Origin: Bacillota bacterium
Lineage (GTDB): Bacteria > Vulcanimicrobiota > JAMDEM01
NCBI GenBank assembly: GCA_023486985.1
Contig: JAMDEM010000028.1
Location: 1-34,199, forward strand
DNA length: 34,199 bases
Direction of reading: 5' to 3'
Under the pieces are notes generated by a model. That model worked only from the letters and a program-made list of their open reading frames with translations, was not told the DNA's origin and did no database searches. This document shows positions 21,956 through 33,883 of the stretch, in pieces (position 1 is the stretch's first letter; every line of letters starts with the position of its first letter). The position numbers were made by a program, and so were the translations under genes.

Positions 21956-23381
21956 CTTGCACCGGGTTTTGCTGCTGCTGAGTTGAAATCACGGGGAAAC
22001 CTGGGAGTCCAATCGCCTGTACAAGCCTGGCTTCTGCAACTTTTCTGTCATAAAGTGCCAGAACGTAATCATTTCTTGCGTTGTTTAAATAATCCCTGGC
22101 ACTGTTTAACTCTATTATGGTGCTTACGCCCTGTTTGTATCTTTTGTATGCCAGTGTGAAGTTTAATACCGCCGATTTAACCTGTCTTGTTGCAGCTTCA
22201 GTCCTGTCTTTGGCTCCCTGTATATCGGAATAAGCAGAATCAATGTTTCTGATAAGAGTAAGTTTCTGGATTTCCTTTTGCTGGTAGAACTGTCCGGCAA
22301 GAGATTTTTGCTCATCTGCCTGGGACTTTGCGGCTTTGCCGGCTGACAGTGGAATGGTAAGAGTAGCGCCAATGTTCCATGCGACGCTGTTTGGAATTAT
22401 CTGGCCCAGAACGCCGTATGAAGCCTGTGCAGCTATAGTGGGCAGGACCTGGTTTTCAAATGCCTTTGCAAGGGCCATGGCTCCTTTTTCCTGAGCCAAA
22501 AAAGTAAGAAGTGACGGATGTGATTTTTCCATCTGGCTGACGGCTTCATTTTTATCGGGCAGAACCATTTCCTGTTCAAGAATATTTTCCAGCTGCCTGT
22601 CCGTTATTTCTGATACATCAATTCCCACTGCCTTTGCCAGTTTGACTTTGGCATTTAGTAATTCTGTTTTTACTCTTGCAAGTTGAACCTGTGACCGTTC
22701 TGTTTCAATTTCCGCCTGAGTTACATCAATTTTTGACTTTGCTCCCGCCTGATAAAACCCGTTTGCCACTCTCAGGTTCTCTATCGCCTTTGCCAGCCCG
22801 TCTTCCTGTATTATCAGCAGCCATTCTTCAAAAACAACTCCATAGTATGTTTCTCTCACTTCATCCACTTTGTCAATCCATGTTGACTTTAAATTAAGAA
22901 GGGCGGCCATAAGATTTTCCCTTGCGGAATTCAGTTTCTCTGCTCTTTGTTTTGAATCCCATAAAGTATAGCTGGCATTAAGCTGGCTTTGAGCGATAGA
23001 CGGGATGGGATTTGCCGGCGTGACTTTTTGATAAGTATCATTTACAGTAACATTAATTGTTGGAATGTACAGTGCATATACCTGCTGAAGCCTTGCTTCC
23101 TGTGCATCCACTGCAGCTCTCCTAAAAAGGATGTCAGGATGCTTCATAAAAGCAGTCTGGAGGCATTCATCAAGGGAAAGCAATGGACCGGCGCGTTTTT
23201 TGGGCGGAGGGAGGAATGGCTCCTGTATTTCAGGGATGGGAGTTAATTTTGGAGAGGGGGACGGCTTTGATGAATTATCAGCAGCCGGCGCTTTTCCAGG
23301 CTTGCTGAAGCACAGGACAGTCCCGATTAAAAAAACGGCTATAAGTATTAAAAAGAACCTGATAGTCTTCAAATCCGTCAC
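21945..23381 (-). CDS. TolC-family outer membrane efflux protein (OEP)
   Basis: ORF track 21945..23522, trimmed to the GTG at 23381. That start follows AGGAGAGGAG and forms a GTGA overlap with the RND pump stop. A signal-anchor-like N-terminus (IRFFLILIAVFLIGTVLCF) is followed by duplicated OEP repeats. Confidence 0.8.
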   Translation of the reverse strand: MTDLKTIRFFLILIAVFLIGTVLCFSKPGKAPAADNSSKPSPSPKLTPIPEIQEPFLPPPKKRAGPLLSLDECLQTAFMKHPDILFRRAAVDAQEARLQQVYALYIPTINVTVNDTYQKVTPANPIPSIAQSQLNASYTLWDSKQRAEKLNSARENLMAALLNLKSTWIDKVDEVRETYYGVVFEEWLLIIQEDGLAKAIENLRVANGFYQAGAKSKIDVTQAEIETERSQVQLARVKTELLNAKVKLAKAVGIDVSEITDRQLENILEQEMVLPDKNEAVSQMEKSHPSLLTFLAQEKGAMALAKAFENQVLPTIAAQASYGVLGQIIPNSVAWNIGATLTIPLSAGKAAKSQADEQKSLAGQFYQQKEIQKLTLIRNIDSAYSDIQGAKDRTEAATRQVKSAVLNFTLAYKRYKQGVSTIIELNSARDYLNNARNDYVLALYDRKVAEARLVQAIGLPGFPVISTQQQQNPVQEKK

Positions 23382-26300
23382 TCCTCTCCTTTCTCTTTTG
23401 TTTTTTCGTCTGACCTGGATTTGCCTTTTAATTTGCTCCAGATGGGCCACTGCTTGATTCTCTGCAAGTCTTCCACATAAGAAAGCGCAACAGGCACGAG
23501 AAGCAATGTGAGAACTAGGCACAGGCTCTGCCCTCCAACAACCACAACAGCCATGGGTGAACGCTGGGCTGCATTTGCGCCGGCAAGCGCTACAGGAAGC
23601 ATGCCTACAACTATGGTAAGAGTTGTCATAAGAATGGGTCTTAATCTTTCGCGGTTTGCTCGTATGATTGCTTTATGGAACTCCATTCCCTGTCTTATAA
23701 AGGTGTTGGTGTGGTCTATCTGCAAAATGGCGTTTTTCTTAACTATACCGAAAAGCAGGAAGAGCCCGAGAGCCGAAAACAGGTTAAGTGTCTTACCTGT
23801 TATATACAGGGCAAACAGGGCAAAGGGAATTGAAAGCGGCATGGTAAGAAGGATTATAAAAGGATCCATCAGGTTTTCAAACTGGCTTGCCAGCACCATA
23901 TACATGAATATGACTGCCAGGACGAATGCCATGGCAAATGCGGAGGCTGTTTCTCCCACATACTGGGATGATCCGCGGTAAGAAATAGAGTAACCGGGAG
24001 GAAGATTGAGGTCTTTTACTATTTTTGCCACATCTTCCATGGCTTTTACCTGGGGATAGTTTTCCAGGTTGGCGCTGATAGTGACATTTCTCTGCCTGTT
24101 AAAGTGAGTGATAGTTGAAGGACCGAGACCGGTATTGATATCTGCAATACCGGCAAGGGAAACAAGTTTTCCGTCGGCTGATGTAATATACATTTTTTTA
24201 ATCGAGTCAGGATTATTGCGGTCCTCCTTTGTAAGACGGGTTCTTACATCATAAAGCCAAATGCCTTCCTGGTAGTTTGTAATTTTGTCTCCTCCCACAA
24301 GAGTGCGCAGGGCAGAGCTCACATCTGCAATATTCACATTGAGGTCAGCAGCGCGGTCCCTGTCTATATTAACCTTGATTTCCGGTGAGGCAATTTCAAA
24401 ATCAGTATCAATATCAACATAACCCGGTATCTGGGATAATTTTTTAAGTATATCACTGGAAGCCTTATTGATTACATTCAAATCTTCTCCCTGGAGGCTG
24501 AACATGAGATCGGATCCAGCGCTTCCTCCGGCTCCTGAAGCAAGCTGCACAGAGGACTTGAATAACTTGTATTTTCTCAGGAGTTTTCTTGCATCCAGCA
24601 TTGCCTGGAATTGAGTGTAATCCTTGCGTTTGTTGTAATCTATAAGATGAACATATATGCCCACCTTTGATATGTCGGAAGACATATTATCCTGGTCTCC
24701 GCTTACACTTGGCGTGCCTATGGTGGTAAGGATATAATCAACACCTCTCATTTTCAGAAGTTCTTCTTCAAGAGGCTTTATGGCATCGGATGTTCTTTCT
24801 ATAGGCCATCCTTTCGGCATTTTAATGGATATTCGGTATTCCGAGCGGTCTTCGGCAGTGGTGAACTCTGAGCCCAGTTTGCCGGCAATATCCTTTCCCC
24901 ACCATAAAGAGGCAACGCAGAAAAGTATAATTACCCAGCGCCATCGTAGCGACCATTTAAGTACAACTTCGTATATATCCTGCAGGATTCGGGTAAGCTT
25001 TCCGGGTTCCTTTTTCCCTTTTTGCACCGGAGGCTTAAGAAGTTTGGAGCAGAGCATGGGGGTTAAGGTAAAAGATACAATCATGGAGAAAAAGATGGCT
25101 GCCGCCATGGTTAACCCGTATGACTGGAAATATCTCCCCACCAGTCCTGACATGAAAGCAACCGGCACAAAAAGCACCATGAGGGAAAGAGTGGTGGCAA
25201 ACACGGCGGGACCCACATCCTGGATTCCTTTAATGGAGGCTTCATAGGCTGAATAACCTTCTTCTTCCATAAGACGCCAGATATTCTCAAGGACAACTAT
25301 GGCATCGTCTATCACCAATCCTACCACAAGAGCCAGGGCAAGCAGGGTCATATAGTTAAGGGTGAAGTTCATCATTTTCATTATGGTGAATGTGGCAATG
25401 ATTGAAGCAGGTATAGCAATCGCTGCAATGAAAGTGCTGCGAAGGCTACCCATAAAAATTAAGACCATAAGGGATGCAAGTCCTCCGCCTATCACTAAAT
25501 GCTCCATAATATCATGAACGGACTCTTTTATGTATACGGAAGTATCCTCCACCACCATTACATGTATATCGGGAGGAAGCATTTTCTCCAGTTCTTTTAC
25601 TCTTGCCTTAACCTTGTCCACAACATCAACCAGATTGGCGTCGCTGTTTTTAACTATCTGGAGTGTCAGGGTCGGCTTCCCGCTAAATCTGGATATGGTT
25701 TTAAGTTCTTTTGTTCCGTCAACCACAAAGCCTATATCTTTTATTTTAATAGGGGTGCCTTTTACCGAGCTGACAACGATATCGTTAAAAGCATCAATGG
25801 TTTTAAGGCGGCCTGAAGTTCTAAGGGTATATTCATTATATTTTGATGTAACCTTGCCCCCGGGGATATCGGCATTCTGGTCCTGCAGAGCCTTTGTTAC
25901 CTGATTTACAGATAGATTGTAGGCATCCATTTTATCGGCTTTAAGGTTTACCTGTATTTCACGGTACTGGGTTCCTACCATGTTTACCTGTCCAACGCCG
26001 TCAACCGATGAAATAAAATCCTTTATATTCCGGCGTGTGAACTCGGAGATTTCTTTTGGGTCCCGCTCGCCATAGACAGCCAGGACAACTACAGGCATGG
26101 ATGAAGGGTCGTATTTTTGAACGACCGGGTCCTGAGTGCCGACAGGAAATTGATTCCGTATCAATGCAATCTTATCTCTTACATCCTGTGCGGCAACGTC
26201 TGGATTTTTTTCAAGAACAAACTGAATTACTACGGTGGAGCTGCTTTCCGAGGAAGTGGAAGTGATGATATAGACGCCGCTTAAAACCGCCACGGCATCT

Positions 26301-26503
26301 TCAATTGGCTTGGTTATCTGACTTTCTACCTGTTCAGTCTGTGCTCCAGGAAGAGTTGTGGAGATAACAACAAAAGGGAAATCAATTTTGGGGTCCAGGT
26401 CAACGCCAAGCTGGAAGTATGAAAAAATCCCCAGAACTACAAGGGAAAGATTTATCATCATTGCCAGAACGGGGCGGCGTATGAAAGTGCTGAAAAAATT
26501 CAC
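23378..26503 (-). CDS. RND efflux transporter, inner-membrane permease (AcrB/HAE1 superfamily), operon 2
   Basis: 1041 aa with the N-terminus FIRRPVLAMMINLSLVVLGI, VVGLVIDDAIVVLENI and a 12-TM layout with two large periplasmic loops. Confidence 0.9.
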   Translation of the reverse strand: MNFFSTFIRRPVLAMMINLSLVVLGIFSYFQLGVDLDPKIDFPFVVISTTLPGAQTEQVESQITKPIEDAVAVLSGVYIITSTSSESSSTVVIQFVLEKNPDVAAQDVRDKIALIRNQFPVGTQDPVVQKYDPSSMPVVVLAVYGERDPKEISEFTRRNIKDFISSVDGVGQVNMVGTQYREIQVNLKADKMDAYNLSVNQVTKALQDQNADIPGGKVTSKYNEYTLRTSGRLKTIDAFNDIVVSSVKGTPIKIKDIGFVVDGTKELKTISRFSGKPTLTLQIVKNSDANLVDVVDKVKARVKELEKMLPPDIHVMVVEDTSVYIKESVHDIMEHLVIGGGLASLMVLIFMGSLRSTFIAAIAIPASIIATFTIMKMMNFTLNYMTLLALALVVGLVIDDAIVVLENIWRLMEEEGYSAYEASIKGIQDVGPAVFATTLSLMVLFVPVAFMSGLVGRYFQSYGLTMAAAIFFSMIVSFTLTPMLCSKLLKPPVQKGKKEPGKLTRILQDIYEVVLKWSLRWRWVIILFCVASLWWGKDIAGKLGSEFTTAEDRSEYRISIKMPKGWPIERTSDAIKPLEEELLKMRGVDYILTTIGTPSVSGDQDNMSSDISKVGIYVHLIDYNKRKDYTQFQAMLDARKLLRKYKLFKSSVQLASGAGGSAGSDLMFSLQGEDLNVINKASSDILKKLSQIPGYVDIDTDFEIASPEIKVNIDRDRAADLNVNIADVSSALRTLVGGDKITNYQEGIWLYDVRTRLTKEDRNNPDSIKKMYITSADGKLVSLAGIADINTGLGPSTITHFNRQRNVTISANLENYPQVKAMEDVAKIVKDLNLPPGYSISYRGSSQYVGETASAFAMAFVLAVIFMYMVLASQFENLMDPFIILLTMPLSIPFALFALYITGKTLNLFSALGLFLLFGIVKKNAILQIDHTNTFIRQGMEFHKAIIRANRERLRPILMTTLTIVVGMLPVALAGANAAQRSPMAVVVVGGQSLCLVLTLLLVPVALSYVEDLQRIKQWPIWSKLKGKSRSDEKTKEKGEE

Positions 26504-26505
26504 GG

Positions 26506-27795
26506 TTATTTAGACGTCCCGCCGGGAGGACGGGAGGAATCTTCTTTTTGGATTTTAACTTCTATACCGTTTGCCAGTATTGGAATTGAGGAGATGGCTG
26601 CCATATCTCCATCTTTAATATTACCCTTTACCTCAATCCAGTCTCCTGCTCTGTCTCCCTTTTCAACTTTAGTTTCAAATGCCTTTGCTTTACCGCCTTC
26701 TTTTTTTATTAAAAAAACCTTGGTAACGCCCAGCTGGTCAATCAAAGCTGCACGGGGGATAAGAACCACTTTGTCAATTGAAGTTACAAGAGTTATTCTG
26801 CCGAACATTCCCGGCTTTAAGATAAAAGACGGGTTCTCAATCTGAGCCTGGACCGTAATGGTTCTGGTAGTTTGATTGGATACAGGGTTGATATGTATTA
26901 TTCTTCCTTTGAAAGATTTTCCCGGCAAGCCGTCAGTGGTTACAAAGATTTCCTTTCCGAGAGAAATTTTCCTGATGAATTTTTCCGGAATTTCCATGTT
27001 GAGGAGCAAGGGCTGAGCCGTTACCAGAGTGTAAGCAGCATCGCCGGATCTCATATAGTCGCCTGCATAAACTTTTTGTTCTTTAACGAAGCCGTCGATG
27101 GGGGATTTTAATGTTGTGTATTTCAAGTTTTGCCGGGATATATTCAGGGATGCCAGCCTTGATTGGATGGAAGCGAATTTTTGTTTCACCTGTTCAAGTT
27201 GATCACGATAATCAGCTTTGGAGGTGAGATAATTTGCTTCCGAGTCTTCAACATCCTTGTCGCTTATAAGGTCCTCCTTTCGCAGGCGGATATTTCTCTG
27301 CCAGTTTGAATAAGCGTTGTCCATTGTCGCCTTGGCTTTGGCAACAGCCGGAACCTTATTAATATCCGTTATTTTTTGATTTACAGATGAAAGCCCCAGC
27401 CTGGCAAGCTCCTGCTGCAAGTTTGCCGTGTCAAGCTGGATTTGAAGGAGCTGGTCCGCCGGGTCAATATTTAAAACAACCTGGTCCTTTTTAACGCGGT
27501 CACCCATTTTGACCATTACCTGCTTTACATTGCCGCTTACAAGGGGACTTACGCTTACTTCGGCATAAGCATTAAAACTGCCCACCACATCAAGTTTTCT
27601 TTCAAGGGGTGCCATTGTTGCCCTTCCAACATCTACAGGTATTTCAAGAGTCATTGTGGATTGTGTTTTAGGCTCTTCCTTTTTCCCGCCGCAACCTGTC
27701 AGGATGGTGAGAACAGCGGACAGAAATGTAAAACAAAAAAAAGCCCAAAAAACTATTCTACTTTTTTTGAAGTTTCTAAAGTTTGACATTTTCAT
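26506..27795 (-). CDS. RND periplasmic adaptor (membrane fusion protein) lipoprotein, operon 2
   Basis: Lipobox LTGCGG, a coiled-coil hairpin and beta-barrel segments typical of HlyD_D23/MFP proteins. Its stop lies 2 nt before the RND start. Confidence 0.85.
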   Translation of the reverse strand: MKMSNFRNFKKSRIVFWAFFCFTFLSAVLTILTGCGGKKEEPKTQSTMTLEIPVDVGRATMAPLERKLDVVGSFNAYAEVSVSPLVSGNVKQVMVKMGDRVKKDQVVLNIDPADQLLQIQLDTANLQQELARLGLSSVNQKITDINKVPAVAKAKATMDNAYSNWQRNIRLRKEDLISDKDVEDSEANYLTSKADYRDQLEQVKQKFASIQSRLASLNISRQNLKYTTLKSPIDGFVKEQKVYAGDYMRSGDAAYTLVTAQPLLLNMEIPEKFIRKISLGKEIFVTTDGLPGKSFKGRIIHINPVSNQTTRTITVQAQIENPSFILKPGMFGRITLVTSIDKVVLIPRAALIDQLGVTKVFLIKKEGGKAKAFETKVEKGDRAGDWIEVKGNIKDGDMAAISSIPILANGIEVKIQKEDSSRPPGGTSK

Positions 27796-27903
27796 TTTTA
27801 AATAACTTTCTTAAAGTAATTTTTAGTGTTTTTCTATTCCCGTGAATTTATTTCCTTGTTAAGCAAGTAATCTGGACAAAATCAAGAACATGGAAAAGAG
27901 CAG

Positions 27904-29376
27904 TTATTTCTGCTTCCAGCCGCCGCCGAGAGCTTTATACAATTTTATTATATACAGCACTTCATTAAGTTTGGTCTGGGCCAGTTGCAATTCTGAACTA
28001 AAATAATCTTTTTCACTGTCCAAAACTTCCAGATAACTGGCGACTCCGCCAAGATACCGCAAATTGGCAAGCCGGACTTCTTCGGAGAGAGTCGCGGTTA
28101 GTTCTTCTGCCTTGAGCCTGTATTCCCGGCCCTTGCTGTACCCGACCAGAGAATCAGAAACCTCCCGAAATGCGCCTCTTACGGTACTTTCATACTGAAT
28201 AACCAATTGCCGCTGCTGTGACTCTGTTAGTTTTACATTTGAGCTTATCTGCCCGGCGTTAAAAATAGGTTGTAACAATTGGGGAATAACAGTCCATGTA
28301 TTACTGGGCGCGGTCAATAGATTATTCAAATCCTTGCTTGATGTCCCCTCTGTTCCAGTTAAAGTAATCTGGGGGAAGAAAGCCGCTCGCGCCACATCAA
28401 TTCGGGCATTGGCGGCAATCAGTTGAGCTTCCATCTGTCTTATATCCGGCCGGTTTTCCAGTAAAGTTGAAGGCAGCCCCGGGGGAAGATTGAGATTGCC
28501 CAGCTGATACTGCAAAGGTTTTCCTCTGGGTATGTTTCCCGGATTTTGTCCCAAAATGTAGCTGAGAAAATTTTCCTGCTGTCCGATTTTCTGCTGGGTG
28601 GCAATTAAGGTCGCTTGAGCGTTTAACAGCAAGCCTTTCGCCTGTTCCACATCCATCATACCGGTGACGCCGCCTTCTTCGCGGGCTTTAACCAGCTTAT
28701 AAGATTCTTCTCTGGAAGCTACGGTTTTTTTGCAAATTTCCAACTCCCAGTCCAATTCCCTTAAGGTAAAATATGCGGTAGCCACTTCGCTTACCAGAGA
28801 CGTCATAACGACATTTTGTGCTTCCTGAGTTGAAAGCAAATCAGCGCGGGCTGCATCTGTAGCCCTATGCAGGCGCCCCCAGAAATCCAATTCATAATTT
28901 ACCATCTGCAGTTGCGCGGAATAACCGTGACTGGTATCGGCAGAACCGGGAGGCACCGGGGTTGAACCCACGGTGGAAACCTTTCCAGCTTGATAGCCGG
29001 CAGTGCCGGAAATATTAGGATATTGATTGGCTCTGGTAATTCCAAGCTGTGCCTCCGCCGCCATAATTCTTTCCGCGGCTAACCTGGCATCATAATTCCG
29101 TATGAGTGCTGAAGAAATCAAACTCTTCAAAACATCATCCTGGATCAAATCCCCCCAATAAATTTCTGCCAGGGTTGTACCGGTTTTATCCGGGGTATTT
29201 TGCGGGATAAATTCCCCATTCGAACCGCGATAAACAGCCGGTGGAGGAACATCGGGTCTTGTATATACGGTCTGCTTGCAAGAACAAAGAAACAGCAAAC
29301 AAACAGGGAATAAAAGCAAAACTAAGATTCCAAAGCGAACTGAAGATAAGGAGCATTTTCTCTTAGCAGGTATCAT
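27904..29376 (-). CDS. RND outer membrane factor lipoprotein, NodT family, operon 1
   Basis: Lipobox [40 protein letters not shown] and a C-terminal LYKALGGGW are typical of NodT/OprM proteins. An ATGA overlap joins it to the RND gene. Confidence 0.9.
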   Translation of the reverse strand: MIPAKRKCSLSSVRFGILVLLLFPVCLLFLCSCKQTVYTRPDVPPPAVYRGSNGEFIPQNTPDKTGTTLAEIYWGDLIQDDVLKSLISSALIRNYDARLAAERIMAAEAQLGITRANQYPNISGTAGYQAGKVSTVGSTPVPPGSADTSHGYSAQLQMVNYELDFWGRLHRATDAARADLLSTQEAQNVVMTSLVSEVATAYFTLRELDWELEICKKTVASREESYKLVKAREEGGVTGMMDVEQAKGLLLNAQATLIATQQKIGQQENFLSYILGQNPGNIPRGKPLQYQLGNLNLPPGLPSTLLENRPDIRQMEAQLIAANARIDVARAAFFPQITLTGTEGTSSKDLNNLLTAPSNTWTVIPQLLQPIFNAGQISSNVKLTESQQRQLVIQYESTVRGAFREVSDSLVGYSKGREYRLKAEELTATLSEEVRLANLRYLGGVASYLEVLDSEKDYFSSELQLAQTKLNEVLYIIKLYKALGGGWKQK

Positions 29377-32300
29377 TCTGCGGCTCCTTTCTCTTCTTTC
29401 TTTGCCCCGGTTTCTTTTTTAAGCGCAGCCGGCTGGCGCTTTTTTCCTAATGAATTGGCAATGCCTTGAACAAAAACATATAAGAGAGGTATAAAAAATA
29501 CTCCCAAAGTTGTTGCCGCAAGCATTCCTCCAAAGACCGCAGTACCAAGAGCATGACGGGAACCGGCTCCGGCGCCGTTTGCAAAAACCAGGGGAACCAC
29601 TCCCAGAATAAAAGCAAATGATGTCATTAAAATCGGGCGAAAACGTATCCTTGCCCCTTCGACGGCGGCATCAAGCAGGGAATAACCTTCCTTTTCATAA
29701 CGTTCCTTGGCAAATTCCACGATTAAAATGGCATTTTTTGCCGCCAGCCCCAGAAGCATCACAATTCCAATCTGGGTGTAAACATTGTTATCAATTTTGA
29801 AAAGGTAAGTGAGAAGCAAGGCTCCGAAAATTCCCAGGGGCAGGCCGAAAAGCACTGAGAACGGCACCGCCCAGCTTTCATATTTGGCGGCAAGGAAAAG
29901 AAACACAAAAACCAGTGCCAGGACAAGAATTAATAACTGAGACGATCCTGCTTTTTTTTCCTGATAAGAGGTTCCGCTCCATTCAAAGTTATAGCCCTGA
30001 GGCAAAACTTTGGCGGCAAGCTGCTCCATAGTATTCATCGCCTGTCCGGAAGAATAACCGGCAGAAGAGGAACCGTTAATTTCCGCAGTTCTGTAAAGAT
30101 TATATCTCTGGATAAGGGTGGGTCCAAGTATATCCTTAACACTTGCCAGGGTAGCCATAGGAATCATATCCCCTTCCTGGGAGCGGACATAGAGTTTACC
30201 TATGCTTTCCGGTCCGCTGCGGAATTCGGGTTCAGCCTGCACCATAACTTTATAAGAGCGGTCAAAAATATTGAAGTCGTTGACCGGCATGCCTCCAAGA
30301 TAAACCTGCAGGCTGTTAAAAATTGTATTAATAGGAATCCCCATATTCCGGGCTTTGTCCCTGTCAATCGAAAGGCCCAGTTCGGGAACCGTAGTTCGAT
30401 AACCTGTAAATAGTCCGGTCAGTCCCGGCTGTTTTGAAGCCTCTGCAAGAAGCTTCCGGCTGGTTTCCGCCAGCTCTACGGTGGTATGACTGGTACGGTC
30501 TTCCAATTCGAATAAAAAACCGCCGGCATTTCCCAGTCCCGGAATCGGAGGCGGTATAACAGGCAGTGCCAAAACTTCCGGATAAGTGTCTAATTCCTTT
30601 TTTACCTTCATCAGTATTGTTCGTAAGCTTGTTTCTTTGGTTTTTCTTTCTTCCCATGGCTTCAGGAGGCAGATTATAGTTGAAGTGTTAGAGTTAAAAG
30701 TGGAATTCATAATGTTAAGCGCGCCCAGAGTCATTACCCGCTGAACTCCCGGCAGACTGCGGACAAAATTGGCTGCTCTTTCAGATATTATCCTGGTTCT
30801 CTCCAGTGAAGCACCATCAGGTAAATTTAAGGAAACAAAGAAATAACCCTGGTCCTCATTAGGCAGGAAGCCGGTGGGTAAAACCTTAAATAAATTGCCG
30901 GCTGCTCCCCATAAGCATAACAAGATGATGAGAAAAATAACTCCTCTGCGTAAAATTATACGGACTGTATTAATATAAGCCGAAGTGGTTCTGCCAAAAA
31001 TATTATTAAACCCTTTAAAAAATGCTCCTGCCAATCCTTTACTTTCTTTGCGGGGCCGTAAAATCATCCGGCAAAGAGCCGGGGTCAACGACAAAGCCAC
31101 TAAAGCAGACAATAAAACAGAAAAAGATAAAGTCAAAGCAAATTGGCGGTATAACTGCCCTGTAATTCCGCCCATAAAAGCTACAGGGATAAACACCGAG
31201 CATAGAACCAGGGCAATGGCGATAACGGGTCCGGAAACTTCATCCATAGCTTTTTCGGTGGCTTCCAGAGGAGAAAGTCCTTTTTCAATATGTTGTTCCA
31301 CCGCTTCCACAACCACAATAGCATCATCTACCACAATACCCACGGCAAGAACAATACCAAATAAAGTCAGGGTGTTAATGGAAAAACCGAATGCGGCAAA
31401 AGCGGCAAAAGTTCCAATCAAAGAAACAGGAACCGCAAGCATCGGGATTAACGTAGCCCTGAAAGTACCCAGAAAGATAAATACCACCAGCAGTACCAGG
31501 CAAATGGCGATAAGCAGGGTTTCTACAACGTCCTTGATGGAAGACCGGACAAAGTCGGTTGAATCAAAAGAAACTTCATATTTTAATCCCGGCGGCATAT
31601 TTTTACCTATCTGCACCAGCAGTTTTTTCAAATTATCCACGGTTTTTATCGCATTGGCTCCCGGCTGCTGATAGACAAGGATTAAGGTCGCAGGTACTTT
31701 GTCCAGTTTGCCGAAACTGGTGTAACTATATGCCCCAAGTTCCGTGCGGCCTATATCTTTCATCCTTAAAAAAGAGCCGTCCTGGCCAGTGCGGATAATC
31801 ATATTTTCAAATTCATCCACACTTGTCAAACGGCCCTTGGCATCGATAGTATATTGAAATTCAGTTCCCTTCTTAGCCGGTGGCTGGCCCACCGAGCCGG
31901 CTGGAGCCAGAATATTTTGTTCATTTATCATATTAACGAGATCTTCAGCGGTCAATCCCAGTTTACCGAGCTTCTCCGGATTAACCCAGAACCTCATTGA
32001 GTAATCCCGCTGTCCAACTATCGAGGTATTACCTACACCATCGGTGCGTGTGATAGCGTCAACCATTTGCATGCTGGCATAGTTGCTTAAAAAGATATCA
32101 TCATAAGTTTTATCAGGAGAGTAAACACTTATAACCATCAGCAAATTGGGAGACTGCTTGGTAATCATAACTCCCTGGCTTGCCGCCACAGTCGGGAGTT
32201 TTGCCATGGCTTTGTTGACCCTGTTGTTAACATCGACATTTGCCATATCCGGGTTGGTGCCCACCGCGAAACTGCAGGTCAGGGAATAGTGCCCGTCGCT

Positions 32301-32549
32301 GGTGCTGTTGGAAGACATGTAAATCATGTGATCTGCCCCGTTAATTTGACTTTCAAGCGGGATGGCAATAGACTGTTCCACCGTAGAGGCATTGGCGCCC
32401 GGGTAGTTAACTGCAACCTGGATAGTAGGCGGGGTGATTTCGGGAAACTGGGCAACAGGCAGTACAAGAGCGCTTAGCCCTCCTGCTATAATAATCACGA
32501 GGGCTATAACAACGGCAAAGACAGGGTGATGGATAAAAAATCTTGCCAT
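29373..32549 (-). CDS. RND multidrug efflux permease (AcrB/MexB-like, HAE1), operon 1
   Basis: 1058 aa with [35 protein letters not shown] and an AcrB-like layout. Confidence 0.9.
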   Translation of the reverse strand: MARFFIHHPVFAVVIALVIIIAGGLSALVLPVAQFPEITPPTIQVAVNYPGANASTVEQSIAIPLESQINGADHMIYMSSNSTSDGHYSLTCSFAVGTNPDMANVDVNNRVNKAMAKLPTVAASQGVMITKQSPNLLMVISVYSPDKTYDDIFLSNYASMQMVDAITRTDGVGNTSIVGQRDYSMRFWVNPEKLGKLGLTAEDLVNMINEQNILAPAGSVGQPPAKKGTEFQYTIDAKGRLTSVDEFENMIIRTGQDGSFLRMKDIGRTELGAYSYTSFGKLDKVPATLILVYQQPGANAIKTVDNLKKLLVQIGKNMPPGLKYEVSFDSTDFVRSSIKDVVETLLIAICLVLLVVFIFLGTFRATLIPMLAVPVSLIGTFAAFAAFGFSINTLTLFGIVLAVGIVVDDAIVVVEAVEQHIEKGLSPLEATEKAMDEVSGPVIAIALVLCSVFIPVAFMGGITGQLYRQFALTLSFSVLLSALVALSLTPALCRMILRPRKESKGLAGAFFKGFNNIFGRTTSAYINTVRIILRRGVIFLIILLCLWGAAGNLFKVLPTGFLPNEDQGYFFVSLNLPDGASLERTRIISERAANFVRSLPGVQRVMTLGALNIMNSTFNSNTSTIICLLKPWEERKTKETSLRTILMKVKKELDTYPEVLALPVIPPPIPGLGNAGGFLFELEDRTSHTTVELAETSRKLLAEASKQPGLTGLFTGYRTTVPELGLSIDRDKARNMGIPINTIFNSLQVYLGGMPVNDFNIFDRSYKVMVQAEPEFRSGPESIGKLYVRSQEGDMIPMATLASVKDILGPTLIQRYNLYRTAEINGSSSAGYSSGQAMNTMEQLAAKVLPQGYNFEWSGTSYQEKKAGSSQLLILVLALVFVFLFLAAKYESWAVPFSVLFGLPLGIFGALLLTYLFKIDNNVYTQIGIVMLLGLAAKNAILIVEFAKERYEKEGYSLLDAAVEGARIRFRPILMTSFAFILGVVPLVFANGAGAGSRHALGTAVFGGMLAATTLGVFFIPLLYVFVQGIANSLGKKRQPAALKKETGAKKEEKGAAE

Positions 32550-32560
32550 TAATTTTCTCC

Positions 32561-33883
32561 TTATTCCTTGCTTGCCGGCTTGTAAACTGGTTTTACCTGC
32601 ATTCCCGGGTGAATTTTAAGCTGTCCTTCCACAATTATTTTTTCCCCAGCTTTTATCCCCTTGTTAACCACTACTAAATGGTCTGTTTTATCTCCCAATT
32701 GCAGGGTTCTCAGCTCTACTTTATTATCCGGTCCTACCACATAAGCTATTTTATCGCTCTGTAATTCACTGACCGCCTTTTGAGGAATCAGGATAGCATT
32801 TTCTTTATAATTTAATGCCAGCCGGATCCTGCCAAACATACCGGGCCGTAGCAAGTAGTCGGGATTGGGAAATTCTCCTATCACCAGAAGAGTGCCGGTT
32901 TTAGGATCCAGGGCGGGCTGAGCTATTACAATACGGCCTTTTTCAGGATACCTGTTACCGTCGGCTAAAATCAATTCCAGTACGGGAAAGGCTTCATATC
33001 TGTTTTTTTTCTTTGCTATTCGCTTCAGTATAATAAGGTAATCTTCTTCGCTGATATTGAAATTAACCCGCAGATGATTCAAATTGGTAATCGTGGTTAA
33101 CAAAGTGGCTTCACCCTGGCCGACCAGATTGCCCGGTGCAACCAGCCGCCTGCCCGCCACCCCGTCAATCGGAGAAGTAACGGTGCAATAACCCAGATTG
33201 ATTTTGCAATTCTCAACGTTTGCCCGGCAGTCTTTCACTGAAGCTTTTGCCTGTGCAACGGAATTCACCTGATCCAGAACCGTATTACGGTACATAGCTT
33301 TCTTAGCGATAACATCGGCTTTAGCCACCTGCAAATTTGCCGCCGCATTGTCATAATCCTGGCGTGGAATAGCTTTTTGTTCCATCAGCGGTTTCAAGCG
33401 GGCTTCCGTTATTTTCGCCAGAGAGAGCTGTGCTTCAGCCGAAACCAGATCGGCTTTGGCTCTTTGCACGGCAACTTCTTGCCGGGCGTAAGCTAAGTTA
33501 GATACAGCCTGAGCCAGTTTAGCTTTAGCAGATTCAAGATTGGCTTCATAAGTACGCCTGTCCAGAATAAAAAGTAACTGCCCCTTTTTCACGAACTTGC
33601 CCTCTTCAAAACACTGTGTCATTAGAAAAGCCGGCACCCGGGCTCTGACTTCCACTGTGGCGGATCCGGTGGAGGCATCAACCGTGCCAACATATTCACC
33701 ATAAATAGGTACGGTTTTTTTGACGGCATTGGCTACCAAAACTGTGGGAATTTCACCCTGCAATGCCGGACTTTCTTTGGCTTTTTGCCCGGAAACACAT
33801 CCGGCTATGCCTAAAAATAAAAAACTGACCAGGAATAACCCGGTCAGTAATTTGCTTGAAACTTTTCTTTTTTTCATTAACAT
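32561..33883 (-). CDS. RND periplasmic adaptor (AcrA-like membrane fusion protein) lipoprotein, operon 1
   Basis: Lipobox IAGCVSG, coiled-coil and lipoyl-like segments, and a position 11 nt upstream of the RND gene. Confidence 0.85.
   Translation of the reverse strand: MLMKKRKVSSKLLTGLFLVSFLFLGIAGCVSGQKAKESPALQGEIPTVLVANAVKKTVPIYGEYVGTVDASTGSATVEVRARVPAFLMTQCFEEGKFVKKGQLLFILDRRTYEANLESAKAKLAQAVSNLAYARQEVAVQRAKADLVSAEAQLSLAKITEARLKPLMEQKAIPRQDYDNAAANLQVAKADVIAKKAMYRNTVLDQVNSVAQAKASVKDCRANVENCKINLGYCTVTSPIDGVAGRRLVAPGNLVGQGEATLLTTITNLNHLRVNFNISEEDYLIILKRIAKKKNRYEAFPVLELILADGNRYPEKGRIVIAQPALDPKTGTLLVIGEFPNPDYLLRPGMFGRIRLALNYKENAILIPQKAVSELQSDKIAYVVGPDNKVELRTLQLGDKTDHLVVVNKGIKAGEKIIVEGQLKIHPGMQVKPVYKPASKE

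Noticed and set aside
23382-23522. N-terminal 47-codon extension of the TolC-like ORF
   Set aside because: It overlaps the C-terminus of the RND pump gene. The GTG at 23381 has a strong AGGAGAGGAG Shine-Dalgarno sequence and a typical GTGA overlap.
30985-31671. 228-aa plus-strand ORF (and similar long ORFs 23508..23981, 24780..25247, 25499..25904)
   Set aside because: These are entirely antisense to strongly recognisable RND permease genes. Their sequences are low-complexity and rich in Thr, Ser, Ile and Ala. They are typical shadow ORFs.
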